This document shows positions 1 through 10,338 of a DNA stretch of 64,000 bases, in pieces. The position numbers and the translations under genes were made by a program. This DNA is from a virus (lineage: Duplodnaviria > Caudoviricetes), in the IMG/VR virus record IMGVR_UViG_3300032030_002018; one strand, 5' to 3'. The notes beneath the pieces are model-generated. The model was not told where the DNA came from, ran no database searches, and saw only the letters and a program-made list of their open reading frames with translations. Position 1 is the first letter of the stretch. Every line of letters starts with the position of its first letter.

Positions 1-177
1 TACAATATTCCATATCTATATCATAATCTTTAAATTTCTACATAAAGATATATTCTTTTTCTTCAAAAAACAAACTTTTTAACAAATTTAACATCCGGCA
101 CAAAAACATTATGTATATATCCAGATTATTTTTTAACCCAGAAAAACAAAGAACAGTTTTTTTCTATTTTATCCCCA

Positions 178-235
178 TATTTCACCTCTAATATTTTCTC
201 CTCAATATTTCACCTCTAATATTTCACCTATAATG
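178..235. repeat. Short imperfect tandem repeat (ATATTTCACCTCTA-like, about 4 copies) in AT-rich non-coding DNA
   Basis: atatttcacctcta / atattttctcctca / atatttcacctcta / atatttcacctata. Confidence 0.7.
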
Positions 236-475
236 TTTCTCCTTATATATTATCTTTCTCAATGTTTATCAGTGTTTACATATGAAATATCACACACAGC
301 AATGTTATATGTCGTGTGTGATATCATTCATATATTTAATGTCATAACTACCTGTGTATCAGTTAGATATAACTGTCTGATTATCAACGACTTATGTAAC
401 TGTTTGATAATCAATTAGTTACGTTTGTATATATTTATTAGCGTGTCTAGTAGTTATTAATTTCTTTAAGTTTTT

Positions 476-694
476 TTATGGTTTCAGTTTGTGATAGTAA
501 TTTATTATGATTAATGGAATTGTCTCTGGTGTATATGTTATATTATCGTTATCTTCTATTGAGTTTCCTGTTCTTATATAATATGTGCCTGCGTATATTG
601 GATAAGTAATCAGTGTTATGAAGAATATTATTAGTGATATAAAAAAGAGTGTTATGAGTCCTATTATCCACAGTATTCTATATATGTATATCAT
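476..694 (-). CDS. Small membrane protein
   Basis: ORF with N-terminal hydrophobic helix, last gene of minus-strand array. Confidence 0.6.
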   Translation of the reverse strand: MIYIYRILWIIGLITLFFISLIIFFITLITYPIYAGTYYIRTGNSIEDNDNITYTPETIPLIIINYYHKLKP

Positions 695-697
695 AAT

Positions 698-934
698 TTA
701 TTTTCCTTTAATATAGTTTTCAAATTGTTTATAGTACAAGCGTGATTTATCTTGCTGATTTGAAGATAACATATTATCTTCAATATAATCCCGGGCTTTT
801 TCAATAAATACATCAGTGCGAGTGTATTCAGTCATCCCTATCTGTTTATCCTCAAGAAAACTATATCCTTCGATACTCCAATCATCACAATTATTTTTTA
901 TTAGATGTACTTGTATCTTCTCTGGTGCTTCCAT
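698..934 (-). CDS. Paralog family F2 (MEAPEKI...EYxRTDxFIEKA...F.NY.KG[EK])
   Basis: Shared motifs with 15003..15227 and 20070..20360. Confidence 0.75.
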   Translation of the reverse strand: MEAPEKIQVHLIKNNCDDWSIEGYSFLEDKQIGMTEYTRTDVFIEKARDYIEDNMLSSNQQDKSRLYYKQFENYIKGK

Positions 935-1057
935 AAGTTATTCTCCTTTCTGTGCTTTTAATCCAAGTTCAAAGAAATGTTTAGCAGTGGTTGTAAATCC
1001 TTCGTGATTCATTGATAACAAGGATTTTTCATCCCATCCAAGATTAAAATGAGGATT

Positions 1058-1255
1058 TCAAATATTGTCTATTTCTTTCTCCAAATCCACCGAATCCACT
1101 TTAAGTGTGCTGATTAAAGAAAGTGTGTCATTGAGGGCATCTACTTTACCTTGGTAGTAGTCGAGATTTCTTAAACCAAGCATACACTCTTTGTTTGTCT
1201 TTTTCCTTTTCTCTATCTCCGCTACTAAAGCGGATTTGTCTATATAGTGTTTCAT
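1058..1255 (-). CDS. Paralog family F3 (MKHYIDKSALVAEIE...)
   Basis: N-terminus nearly identical to 17482..17823; start moved to MKHY. Confidence 0.7.
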   Translation of the reverse strand: MKHYIDKSALVAEIEKRKKTNKECMLGLRNLDYYQGKVDALNDTLSLISTLKVDSVDLEKEIDNI

Positions 1256-1257
1256 TT

Positions 1258-3108
1258 CTAACCTCCTAATCTTTGTTTCAGTGATTTCATCCAATTCTTG
1301 TATTCGATGGAATGTTCGTCGCCAATTGCGTTAATACTAACCATTTGGTCTAATAAAACGCATAGACTGTTCATATTTTCATAGTCTTCATCATCCAACT
1401 TGAAGTGTTCTTGTTTATTTAGCCAGTTTATACAATCTTCTTTAGTTAAACCGTTAGAACAATACCATTCCGAACATTGTTCAAATTCATTTATAATTGT
1501 TTGTCTAATTTCCTCATCCTTTTCACTCCAAGCAGGTTTATCATCGCCATAGATACATTCATCTACAATTTTGTTATATTCTTCTGAACTAATACCAAGA
1601 CTTTCCTCTGGGGTTATCATTTTAATGACAGACTTCTGCTCAATCTTTTTCAATTCTTTCTTCTCGAAGTCAAAAGTATATCCCGCATCAACCATTACTT
1701 TCATTAGAGCATCACGCTGTTCTTTGGTTGCGGGATGGACTTTCTCATTTGTCCACCAATGGTTAAATTTACTTCCACCAACGCAAAAATATCCCCCAGT
1801 GCCGATTCCGCAATATGCGACAGGTGAATCTGGGTGGTTAGGGTCAAGGCAACCTTTAAATATGAATGGGCGTTCATCATCTACAGTAAGCACATCACCA
1901 TCTTTTGCATCTTCTAAAGTCCAAAGGTGTAAGTATCTTTCATCACTAAACGATACATCAGTATTATCATTGAACAAATAACGATTCTTACTTTTGTCGA
2001 TTTTTGTTATAAGTAAAGTGTTGGAAAGTTCACACAATTCCCAAACAATCCAATCTCCTTCGTGAAACTTTGGTTCAACCTTATCAGTTGGCTTCTGCTC
2101 AATCGTCTTCAACTCTTTTTTATCAGCATCCCACTCATATCCTGCATCTCTTATTTTTGCAAATAAAAGGTCACGCCGTTCTTTGGTTGCTGGATGTATA
2201 TTATCTACACTATTTGCCCAGTTGTTTTCTAAGCAGTTATCCTTAAAAACGCCAAATTTATCTACTCCACAATACGCATAAGGCTTATTGTATAAAACTT
2301 TAGCATAAATAAAAACACCTTTGTCAGTTGCAAGTATATCACCATCCTTAGCGTCAGCAATAGTCCAAAGATGCCAACATCCATCTACATATTCAATAGA
2401 CATTTTATCGTGATACCCATCTTTACATTGCAAATTATACTTTGTTCCACTAATTGATTCTATATAAGCTACACTATTATAATCACTTACAACCCAATCG
2501 CCAACCTTGAATTTTGGCCTGTTTTTATCAACAAGTTCCCAACTATCTTGTTCTTTGATGGTAATATAACTTCCGTCGTCAAAGATATACTTCCCGTCTT
2601 TGATTTCTCTAATCCTACTACTACCATCCAATCGATAGTATATGTTGATTATAGTATCGCCAACAGTAAACTTTGGCTCGACATTAGCGTCCGACTTACG
2701 CTCACCTTGCTTTTCAAACCCTATCACTTTTGATACTTCTAAATTAGATAATGCCTCAATAGCCTTATTCTTTGCTTCTTCTGTCATCGCAGCATTCATC
2801 GACATTTGATAAATGTTATCAGCCTCTATTAGTTTATCAAATATGCTATATCTTGGGTCAGACATTTTCTTACCTTGCTTTTCAAGCCAAGCAATTATAT
2901 CTTCACCTTTAATTCCATCTATATCGATAGTAGAATTGTGAAATCTTATAAGTGCTTTCCTTATCCTCTCATCATCACTCTCTTTGAGTTCTGGGAAAAG
3001 ATAGTTTAATTCTTTTTCACTAAACATTCGTTTTGCTCTTTCTTTAGCCTCATCATATGCCTTTGCCTTTTGTTCTATTGATAATTCTTTCATAACAATC
3101 TTATTCAC
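1258..3108 (-). CDS. Paralog family F4, 616-aa modular repeat protein (FxVGDW...HLWTxxDAKDGDxL...PATKExRD...GYEWD repeats)
   Basis: Internal repeats; paralogs at 17827, 20709, 28892, 11288. Confidence 0.8.
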   Translation of the reverse strand: MNKIVMKELSIEQKAKAYDEAKERAKRMFSEKELNYLFPELKESDDERIRKALIRFHNSTIDIDGIKGEDIIAWLEKQGKKMSDPRYSIFDKLIEADNIYQMSMNAAMTEEAKNKAIEALSNLEVSKVIGFEKQGERKSDANVEPKFTVGDTIINIYYRLDGSSRIREIKDGKYIFDDGSYITIKEQDSWELVDKNRPKFKVGDWVVSDYNSVAYIESISGTKYNLQCKDGYHDKMSIEYVDGCWHLWTIADAKDGDILATDKGVFIYAKVLYNKPYAYCGVDKFGVFKDNCLENNWANSVDNIHPATKERRDLLFAKIRDAGYEWDADKKELKTIEQKPTDKVEPKFHEGDWIVWELCELSNTLLITKIDKSKNRYLFNDNTDVSFSDERYLHLWTLEDAKDGDVLTVDDERPFIFKGCLDPNHPDSPVAYCGIGTGGYFCVGGSKFNHWWTNEKVHPATKEQRDALMKVMVDAGYTFDFEKKELKKIEQKSVIKMITPEESLGISSEEYNKIVDECIYGDDKPAWSEKDEEIRQTIINEFEQCSEWYCSNGLTKEDCINWLNKQEHFKLDDEDYENMNSLCVLLDQMVSINAIGDEHSIEYKNWMKSLKQRLGG

Positions 3109-3328
3109 TAGTTATATAAATCTTATTATTAGCAGTATCTACCAACCAAGGAGTAATATACTTAATAGTCTCTTCTCTTGTTAAAGCAGATTTATCAATT
3201 TTCCACTTTTTTATCAGCGGACTAAATAAACCGACATCAAAATAAATATCATAAACTTCTGGCTCTTCTCCTTCTGGATATGGACCTTTTGCAAATCGTC
3301 TTACAATCTTAATATTCATCATAATCAC
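3101..3328 (-). CDS. Hypothetical protein, near-duplicate of 12211..12432
   Basis: NIKIVRRFA...DIYFDVG.FSPLIKKWKIDKSALTREETIKYI. Confidence 0.75.
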   Translation of the reverse strand: MIMMNIKIVRRFAKGPYPEGEEPEVYDIYFDVGLFSPLIKKWKIDKSALTREETIKYITPWLVDTANNKIYITSE

Positions 3329-3714
3329 AACAATTTAAGTTCGTGTAATTTCAATATCATTTCAAAACAAGCATCAACAAGATTATTTGTGGTTATATCT
3401 GGCAAAGTTTCATCTACCGTGCCAGAATCTAAATCATCATACCATATAGAAGAATCAATCTCACTAATATCCATTCTAAATATAGCTCGGTTTATGTGCT
3501 TTGGTATAACCTCAAGCAATGCAGTAAGTGACCAACAGGAAATACATTTTTTAGGTTTATTTATTCCGTCTTGTTTAACTTCAATATAATATTCTGTTTC
3601 TTGCCAATTCAGAGCTGTCCACCAACCATCAGCACTTTCAATTGACAATATCTCTGCTAACTTTTTACTTTGTTTTAAATCTGTATAATTTTTCATTTTC
3701 TTTTCTTTTTGCAT
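3325..3714 (-). CDS. Paralog family F6 (YTDLxQSxKLAEIL..ESAD...CWSLxALL...DACxEMI.KL)
   Basis: Shared motifs with 5940, 30015, 53433. Confidence 0.75.
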   Translation of the reverse strand: MQKEKKMKNYTDLKQSKKLAEILSIESADGWWTALNWQETEYYIEVKQDGINKPKKCISCWSLTALLEVIPKHINRAIFRMDISEIDSSIWYDDLDSGTVDETLPDITTNNLVDACFEMILKLHELKLL

Positions 3715-3995
3715 ATTTTATCTCCAATCTTAAATGATAATTTCATAAGAATTATAGTTAATATTGGATAAATTATTATACAATTAATAAGCATCAATAT
3801 AAAATAAACATCTGTACTTATTATACCATTTAATTTAAAATCCAATATAAAAAACATAAGCCATACAAAAATTGCTGATGCTATTATATATCCGCACGCG
3901 CCACAAATACATCCTATTGCTTCCTCATCATCGTGAGGATTTAAATCAGGAATATCATCTTTATCATAAAATGACCAAGGATTGATAAATATCAT
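3693..3995 (-). CDS. Two-TM membrane protein
   Basis: Two hydrophobic segments, coupled to next gene. Confidence 0.65.
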   Translation of the reverse strand: MIFINPWSFYDKDDIPDLNPHDDEEAIGCICGACGYIIASAIFVWLMFFILDFKLNGIISTDVYFILMLINCIIIYPILTIILMKLSFKIGDKICKKKRK

Positions 3996-4014
3996 TTAAT
4001 TTTCCTCCTTAATT

Positions 4015-4170
4015 TTATTTATACATTCCTTCAGGTGCTTCAATAGCAAATCCTTTCTCTTTGAGGTATTTAACATAATCTTCATAAGAAGAAAATTCAC
4101 TAGGAAAATATCCATAAGATAATCTACCACAACGGTCTTTTAACAATAAATCTTTTTCTTCTTGTTTCAT
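4015..4170 (-). CDS. Collapsed 51-aa F1 chimera (MKQEEKDLLLKD...EDYVKYLKEKGFAIEAPEGMYK)
   Basis: Manually translated; F1 N- and C-boxes with almost no middle. Confidence 0.6.
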   Translation of the reverse strand: MKQEEKDLLLKDRCGRLSYGYFPSEFSSYEDYVKYLKEKGFAIEAPEGMYK

Positions 4171-4199
4171 AACTTATTCAATTTTTTAATTTTACGTTA

Positions 4200-4396
4200 T
4201 AAATGTACACAATTTATTTGATATATATGATATGAAATATGTTAAAAAATATTAAAAAACCGTCCAAGAACCAATTATCACTGAACATATAATCGTTGTA
4301 GCACAAATTGCTGTCATAGTATTGTTATTTATACATTCCTTCTGGTGCTTCAATTGCAAGACCCTTTTCAATAAGTCCGTGATAATCAAGATGATG
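4200..4396. repeat. About 200-bp direct repeat copy 1 (F1 3' end + 21-aa micro-ORF + promoter); copy 2 at about 10339-10535
   Basis: Near-identical aaatgtacacaatttatttgatatatatgatatgaaatatgttaaaaaatattaaaaaaccgtccaagaaccaattatcactgaacatata. Confidence 0.85.
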
Positions 4397-4759
4397 TTTA
4401 TATAAATAGTTAAGTATATTATCCATATCTTCCACGGAACAAAATCCATCATCAGCAGCACCTACATATGCAAAATTGTCAAACTTACTAAAATTAAATT
4501 GCCAATTTATTTTTTGTAAATCTGAGATTTCTTCCTCAGTTATACTTGACATTGGACGGAGATATGGTTTAATATAGTTTGCATCTATACTGACGTGAAA
4601 TCTTCCATACCATCCATATTCAAATCTTGCAACATTTTTATCTATACAACCAAGAGTAATATCATCCTCTGCTGAACCATACTTGAAATGGCATTTCACT
4701 CCATAAGGCAATCTTGCACAAAGGTCTTTTAACAACAAATCTTTATCTTCTTGTGTCAT
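4325..4759 (-). CDS. Paralog family F1 (MTQEDKxLLLKDLCARLPYG...PYLRPMSSxTEEE...DYxGLIEKGLAIEAPEGMY)
   Basis: Seven full copies in window. Confidence 0.8.
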   Translation of the reverse strand: MTQEDKDLLLKDLCARLPYGVKCHFKYGSAEDDITLGCIDKNVARFEYGWYGRFHVSIDANYIKPYLRPMSSITEEEISDLQKINWQFNFSKFDNFAYVGAADDGFCSVEDMDNILNYLYKHHLDYHGLIEKGLAIEAPEGMYK

Positions 4760-4912
4760 AATCTTATTGGTTTATTTTTACACATAACCCATCTTTATCA
4801 AGAAATATCCGTTCTACTGAACAATAATTTTCTTCATTATCGTATATATTTATCAAACCTTCTTCATCTGCTTTTTCAAAAAGCCGTAATAATAACTCTT
4901 TTTCTTCTTGCG

Positions 4913-5794
4913 TCATAGTTTATTATATTCCTCAATTAAATCATTATATTTTTCTGGAACAGAATCAAAATCAATATCGTCCATCTTTTCTTTATAATGC
5001 AGGCAATCGAATAATGTTAGAACAGAATAATAAGTTTTTATTGTGTAATGTGTGTCGTTATTGTATATATATCCAAATCTTAATTCATCTTTTTTCCACA
5101 CTTTTTCTAACAATATATTGAAAACTTCATCCTTACTTTTCCCATATAATTCTGATAAATCAATACAGCCGTCTGTTGAGTTAATATCTGCCCAAATAAT
5201 TGGTTCTCCTGTAATGCAATCTGTTTCTATGATTAATTCATTATTATTAGGGTGTTTAAAATCGATTCTTACATTTGAATTACATTTTTGGTGTGTTGTA
5301 TCAAAAAATGAATCGTAATTTACATAATAATCATATTTTTCCAGTATTGGTATCAAGTTATTTGTTGCCCACTCCAGTTGCTCTTTTCTTCTTGACATTA
5401 TAAATAATTCGTGTTCAAGTAGATTTGTTTTTTGGAATTCAATGCACTTTTCAAATAAATCAAGGGTATGATGATTATATTCATTTGGTTCTGATACCAA
5501 TTGAATTTCTTTTGTTTCTCCTGTAAAAAAATCAGAAACGTTGCATATAGGGGATTCAATTCTTGCGTCTACGACTATATAATTATTATAGTCTACTTGA
5601 TATTCTGTTCCTGGTTCAAGAGTATCAAGATAATCTGATAGTTCCTTAGTTTCGACGACGTATAAGTTTATGTAAAACCCATTTTTAATAAAATCGACGA
5701 CTTCGAGACGTCCGTTCAAATATGTCTGTGATAAAGATGTTTCACAATACCCTTTACTAATCAAGAAATCGCCATATTCTTTTAATGTTCGCAT
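4913..5794 (-). CDS. Hypothetical protein
   Basis: Long ORF; ATG downstream of promoter at 5817-5824. Confidence 0.7.
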   Translation of the reverse strand: MRTLKEYGDFLISKGYCETSLSQTYLNGRLEVVDFIKNGFYINLYVVETKELSDYLDTLEPGTEYQVDYNNYIVVDARIESPICNVSDFFTGETKEIQLVSEPNEYNHHTLDLFEKCIEFQKTNLLEHELFIMSRRKEQLEWATNNLIPILEKYDYYVNYDSFFDTTHQKCNSNVRIDFKHPNNNELIIETDCITGEPIIWADINSTDGCIDLSELYGKSKDEVFNILLEKVWKKDELRFGYIYNNDTHYTIKTYYSVLTLFDCLHYKEKMDDIDFDSVPEKYNDLIEEYNKL

Positions 5795-5939
5795 AGTTAT
5801 TTGTTTTATTATAGTGCAAATGTACACAATTTATTTTGATTATGCTATATGAAATATGTTAAAAAATATTAAAAAACCGTCCATTTGCAATATCCTCTAT
5901 TAATCAAGAAGTCGCTATATTCTTTTAATGTTTTCATAA

Positions 5940-6317
5940 TTATAACAAATTTGTTTCTTTAAGTTTAACAATCATTTCATAACAAGCGTCGATAGGATTT
6001 TCTTTTGTTACATCTGGCAGATACTTATTAACCATACCAAGGTTCATATCATCATACCATATAGAAAAATCCTTTTCTCCCATATCCATTCTAAGTATGG
6101 AATAGTCTTTTATTCTCTTTGGTATAACATCAAGCAATGCGACAAGACTCCAACAAGGAATTTCCTGTGACAATAATGGATTGTTGTTTTTCCATTTAAT
6201 ATGTAAAGGATAATTGTCTGGTATATCAACTCTATTGTGATAATACATATCCGCACTTTCAAGTGGCAGAATCTCTGCTAATTTCTCTGATTGTTCTAAA
6301 TCTGTATATGATTTCAG
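5940..6317 (-). CDS. Paralog family F6; start appears to be CTG
   Basis: In-frame KSYTDLEQSEKLAEILPLESADM upstream of the track ORF. Confidence 0.65.
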   Translation of the reverse strand: MKSYTDLEQSEKLAEILPLESADMYYHNRVDIPDNYPLHIKWKNNNPLLSQEIPCWSLVALLDVIPKRIKDYSILRMDMGEKDFSIWYDDMNLGMVNKYLPDVTKENPIDACYEMIVKLKETNLL

Positions 6318-6320
6318 ACT

Positions 6321-6560
6321 TTATTCTCCTTTCATTTCTTCTTTAAGTTCTTCTAGTTGTTCGTCGTCAATTTGTCTAACTAATGGGCCTCCAGGATACT
6401 CTTGGTAAACTAACTTCTTTAAAAATTTACAAACCTTATCAATCATAGTTGTATCAGCCCATTCAGCACCATCAATATAAACATACTCTTTTATAAAACC
6501 ATCAGGAAACTGATTCTTATAATTATTAGCTGCTTGTTCTATTTCTTCTTTCCGTGTCAT
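6321..6560 (-). CDS. Paralog family F2 variant; 3' about 100 nt nearly identical to 9017..9304
   Basis: KKLVYQEYPGGPLVRQIDDEQLEE.KE.MKGE. Confidence 0.75.
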   Translation of the reverse strand: MTRKEEIEQAANNYKNQFPDGFIKEYVYIDGAEWADTTMIDKVCKFLKKLVYQEYPGGPLVRQIDDEQLEELKEEMKGE

Positions 6561-6587
6561 AATACTCTATTTTGAGAATCATTTAAA

Positions 6588-7133
6588 TCAATTTAACTTT
6601 TCCATCGTAAAAGTATATGGAGCAACCGCGACACTATGCCACTTCGGATTGTCAATCTCCCACTTCTTGTCAGACTTGATAACATTCACGACCAATTTAG
6701 TTTCGTTTTCCTCATTCATCTTCTCAACCTCACTCTTGGCAAAATTATCAGTCAGTTCATTGCCAAGAAGAATCTGCTCCGCAAAATGACGGAAACCCAA
6801 ATACCAATTCATTGACAAGTTACAATCAGGAGATACGCCACCATTCATAACGGAAGATTCGTGTTTTCTATGCAAGTCAATAAACTTATATTTCCCACCG
6901 ACAATGAAATACTTCTCAACCTTTTTGGCAGAAGGCTTTTCCCACCTCTCAATCGTATGACGGACAATATCAATGTCCTTGTATTTGCCGCCAATTAGAT
7001 AGGAAGGCGCGGCAACATCAATATTCTCTTTCACTTTCGGATATTGGGATAACTTCTCCTCATATGCAAGACACTTCTCTTCCGACTCAAATAAACGACC
7101 ATTTGAAGCCTTATACGCTATAACCTTTTCCAT
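6588..7133 (-). CDS. Hypothetical protein
   Basis: 181-aa ORF. Confidence 0.7.
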   Translation of the reverse strand: MEKVIAYKASNGRLFESEEKCLAYEEKLSQYPKVKENIDVAAPSYLIGGKYKDIDIVRHTIERWEKPSAKKVEKYFIVGGKYKFIDLHRKHESSVMNGGVSPDCNLSMNWYLGFRHFAEQILLGNELTDNFAKSEVEKMNEENETKLVVNVIKSDKKWEIDNPKWHSVAVAPYTFTMEKLN

Positions 7134-7399
7134 ATTATAATTCTTCTAATTGTTAATAAACTCTGTTCAGCAGTATTAACATCAATCCCAAGTTCAATTA
7201 ATTTATTGGATTGCTATATTGATATGCAAATCTTACTCATAATATTACGTTTATTTTTGTTTTTATTTCACAAATTGGGCGCAAACTTCTCTTTCTATCT
7301 AATTCATATTGAATGTACTGTCTGAACCAACAGTTGTTGCAGTCATTGTTATTATAACAACTCATCCAGCACCCATAGTTTGCTAATAGGCGTTCAACT

Positions 7400-7915
7400 T
7401 CAGTCATATGGATTATTTTCTTCTGTTACTTCAATTGCAAGTCCTTTTTCAATTAATCCACGATAATCGAAATGATTAGCGTTGAGCCAATCTATATAGG
7501 AAGATGTGTTTTTTCCATCAAAATTTATCCAATGAAAAGTAAAATTACTTAATTCTTGAACTGCGTTATCTTTCTGGTCAATACTTCCATCAGACATAAC
7601 TTGAAAATACTTAGTATCTTCTTTATTACTCAGAATTGATATAAGTAATTCTTTCTTTTCTTCCTCGGTCATTGAACTTATTGGACGGAGATAAGGTCTA
7701 CAGTCAATAAGAGGATATGAAATTACGCTACTATAAAAACCATAATCCCAAACAGTAACTTGTTGCCTTAATTCAGAAGTGGCATCATTATCAATTTCTC
7801 TTAAATCATAAACCTTTGTATATTTATCTTTAGAATATTCTATTGCTACTTTTACTCCATAAGGTAACCTCGTACAGAGGTCTTGGAGTAACAATTGTTT
7901 ATCTTGTTCTGTCAT
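7400..7915 (-). CDS. Paralog family F1
   Basis: F1 boxes; C-terminus EVTEENNPY shared with 19436. Confidence 0.8.
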   Translation of the reverse strand: MTEQDKQLLLQDLCTRLPYGVKVAIEYSKDKYTKVYDLREIDNDATSELRQQVTVWDYGFYSSVISYPLIDCRPYLRPISSMTEEEKKELLISILSNKEDTKYFQVMSDGSIDQKDNAVQELSNFTFHWINFDGKNTSSYIDWLNANHFDYRGLIEKGLAIEVTEENNPYD

Positions 7916-8235
7916 AGTTCATCTAATGCTTTGAAAATAAAAGTTAATATATTTTTTGTTGTTACATCTGCAACTGATGGGTAACTGCAATCGCACTCTA
8001 ACTCAGATTTAAATTTTGCAAGTTTAATAGTTTTTTTATCACATTTAGTTGTAATTTCATACAAATTTTAAGCAGTTCTTTATCTTATTTCTTCATATTT
8101 TATTTTAAAGTTATTCCTTTTATATAAAAGTATTTATATGCCATTTTGTCAGGTAAATACATAGCGTCACTTGATATAAAATTGTTGAATAGTTTTTCAA
8201 ACTCAATTTCTTGTTTTTCTGTTAGTTTTATGGTT

Positions 8236-8514
8236 TCAGTTTTTTCCATTTGTTTTTTCTTTAATAAGGTTATTGACGTATAATTCCAATTCTTGGTCGG
8301 AGAAAGTAAGTAATTCTTTTGGGAAGCAATTTTCTTCTTTTTCGAAGGAGTAATAATCGTAAAATGTTCCGTACACGTAATCGCCTTCCAGGTAAAAATA
8401 GTTAAGTTGGTTATATTCGTCGTTATATTTTCCAAGTTCCTTGCAGACTCTTGAACAATCTTTTTTAAATTGATTGTTGATATTACAATAATGAAATAAT
8501 TCTTCTTTTGTCAT
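8236..8514 (-). CDS. Hypothetical protein
   Basis: ORF in array orientation. Confidence 0.6.
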   Translation of the reverse strand: MTKEELFHYCNINNQFKKDCSRVCKELGKYNDEYNQLNYFYLEGDYVYGTFYDYYSFEKEENCFPKELLTFSDQELELYVNNLIKEKTNGKN

Positions 8515-8591
8515 AACTTATTATTTATTACTCCATAAGGCAATCTTGCACTTAAATCCTTTAATAGGATTGTTTTATCTTCTTGTGTCAT
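8511..8591 (-). pseudogene. Truncated F1 N-box (MTQEDKTILLKDLSARLPYGVINNKL*)
   Basis: Manual translation. Confidence 0.65.
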
Positions 8592-8593
8592 AG

Positions 8594-9013
8594 CTATTCT
8601 GTTTTGTACATTCCTTCAGGTGCTTCTATTGCAAGACCTTTTTTGATTAAACCACGATGGTCAAAATGATTAGCATTAAGCCAATCAAATACTGCTTGTA
8701 ATTCAAGAAATGAAAATCTTTTTCTTGAAGAGTCAACAATGTGTATAAAATCATCGGGAATTTCAGCATCTTTGCCTATTATCTCTTGAAGTTCATACCT
8801 TTCTTCCTCAGTCATACTTAACATTGGACGGAGATATGGTTTTACAACAGCTTTGTTTGCTTTAAATTCATCTATACACCAGGTGTTTAGTGTTATACTA
8901 TATCCATAAGTTTTTCCGTCTAAATCGTCTATGTATTCATAAAATACTTTTACCTTATATGGTAACCTTGCACAAAGGTCTTTTAACAATAGTTCTTTAT
9001 CCTCTGGAATCAT
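8594..9013 (-). CDS. Paralog family F1
   Basis: F1 boxes; TAG stop. Confidence 0.8.
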   Translation of the reverse strand: MIPEDKELLLKDLCARLPYKVKVFYEYIDDLDGKTYGYSITLNTWCIDEFKANKAVVKPYLRPMLSMTEEERYELQEIIGKDAEIPDDFIHIVDSSRKRFSFLELQAVFDWLNANHFDHRGLIKKGLAIEAPEGMYKTE

Positions 9014-9016
9014 AGT

Positions 9017-9304
9017 TTATTCTCCTTTCATTGCTTCTTTAAATTCTTCTAGTTGTTCGTCGTCAATTTGTCTAACTAATGGTCCTCCAGGATATTCTTG
9101 GTAAACTAACTTCTTTAACCATTCGCAAGCCTTTTCAATAAAGGCATCGGTAGAATTCATTTCTTTCACTTCAAGGGTGTCAATGAATGAAAGAATCTCA
9201 CTCGCACAATCTCGATACCCCCATTCTGCGTCTTCATTTCTATAACCTTCTTCTCTGTGGGTTTTCTTTTCTACTTCTGCTCTAATTTTGTCTATCAGTT
9301 TCAT
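9017..9304 (-). CDS. F3/F2 chimera
   Basis: F3-type N-terminus joined to TDAFIEKACEWL...KGE. Confidence 0.75.
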   Translation of the reverse strand: MKLIDKIRAEVEKKTHREEGYRNEDAEWGYRDCASEILSFIDTLEVKEMNSTDAFIEKACEWLKKLVYQEYPGGPLVRQIDDEQLEEFKEAMKGE

Positions 9305-9307
9305 AAT

Positions 9308-9496
9308 TTATTCTCCATTTAATTTCTCATACAACATACCCCCAATCATAATTGGGGCGTAAATAGCAAGTACTAAAGATACAATGGCTAAGAATATTCT
9401 AAACCATACATTTTCTTCTTTAATCCATATTGCTAATACAAAGCCATAACAAAACATATAAATTACGGCAAGAACAATAATTTCAAATGGTGTCAT
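9308..9496 (-). CDS. Small two-TM membrane protein
   Basis: Hydrophobic ORF. Confidence 0.65.
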   Translation of the reverse strand: MTPFEIIVLAVIYMFCYGFVLAIWIKEENVWFRIFLAIVSLVLAIYAPIMIGGMLYEKLNGE

Positions 9497-9499
9497 AAT

Positions 9500-9940
9500 T
9501 TATTCAGTTTTATATATTCCTTCAGGTGCTTCTAATGCCAATCCACGTCCTATAAGGTTGCGATAATCAAAATAATGGAAGTTGAGCCAATCAAAAATTT
9601 CAATTGATGAAATCATCTCATCATACCAAATCGTCCTTGTCTCAGTACTACAAAAACCATCGTCAACTATAACTTCTATATATTTGTCTGTTATTTTTAT
9701 TGATAGAATATCTTTAAGACCATACAAAATAGAAAACTCTTTTTCTTCTTCCTCCGTCATACTTGACATTGGACGGAGATATGGTACATCATCCCAATTG
9801 TCGTCATAATATGCTTGCTGATATTCATTTCCATCTAATGGATAATAGGTTTCTGTAAGCACCTTATTTGTCATTATTACTCCATACGGCAACCTTGCGC
9901 AAAGGTCTTGGAGTAACAATTGTTTTTCTTCTTGTGTCAT
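9500..9940 (-). CDS. Paralog family F1
   Basis: F1 boxes. Confidence 0.8.
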   Translation of the reverse strand: MTQEEKQLLLQDLCARLPYGVIMTNKVLTETYYPLDGNEYQQAYYDDNWDDVPYLRPMSSMTEEEEKEFSILYGLKDILSIKITDKYIEVIVDDGFCSTETRTIWYDEMISSIEIFDWLNFHYFDYRNLIGRGLALEAPEGIYKTE

Positions 9941-10311
9941 ATCTTATTCTCCTCAATCTTTTTTGATAATTCTTGAAACAGACTATCGTTTTCCATCTCC
10001 ATTGTCAGGATATTGCACAAACAACGTCTAATATGACTCATTTCCCAAGGAATCCACTCAATTATGTTTCCACGCACATCCAGAGTCATCTTCTGTTCTG
10101 GACCGGGTTTATCATTTGAATCTTGATGTCCGATAATATAGAATCTATCAAGTATAGAAATATCTTTTGTTTCAATTATATATTCAATTACCTTTTCTCT
10201 TATAACGTTAAATTGTTCAGGATTTAAGTCCCCAATATATTCCCCATCTACATAATACTTTACTGTATTATCATTTATAAGCGGAATTTTAAGTGCTTCT
10301 TCTTGTGTCAT
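9937..10311 (-). CDS. Hypothetical protein with MTQEE start box
   Basis: ORF downstream of promoter at 10339-10346. Confidence 0.7.
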   Translation of the reverse strand: MTQEEALKIPLINDNTVKYYVDGEYIGDLNPEQFNVIREKVIEYIIETKDISILDRFYIIGHQDSNDKPGPEQKMTLDVRGNIIEWIPWEMSHIRRCLCNILTMEMENDSLFQELSKKIEENKI

Positions 10312-10338
10312 AGTTATTTGTCTTGTTTTATTACAGTG

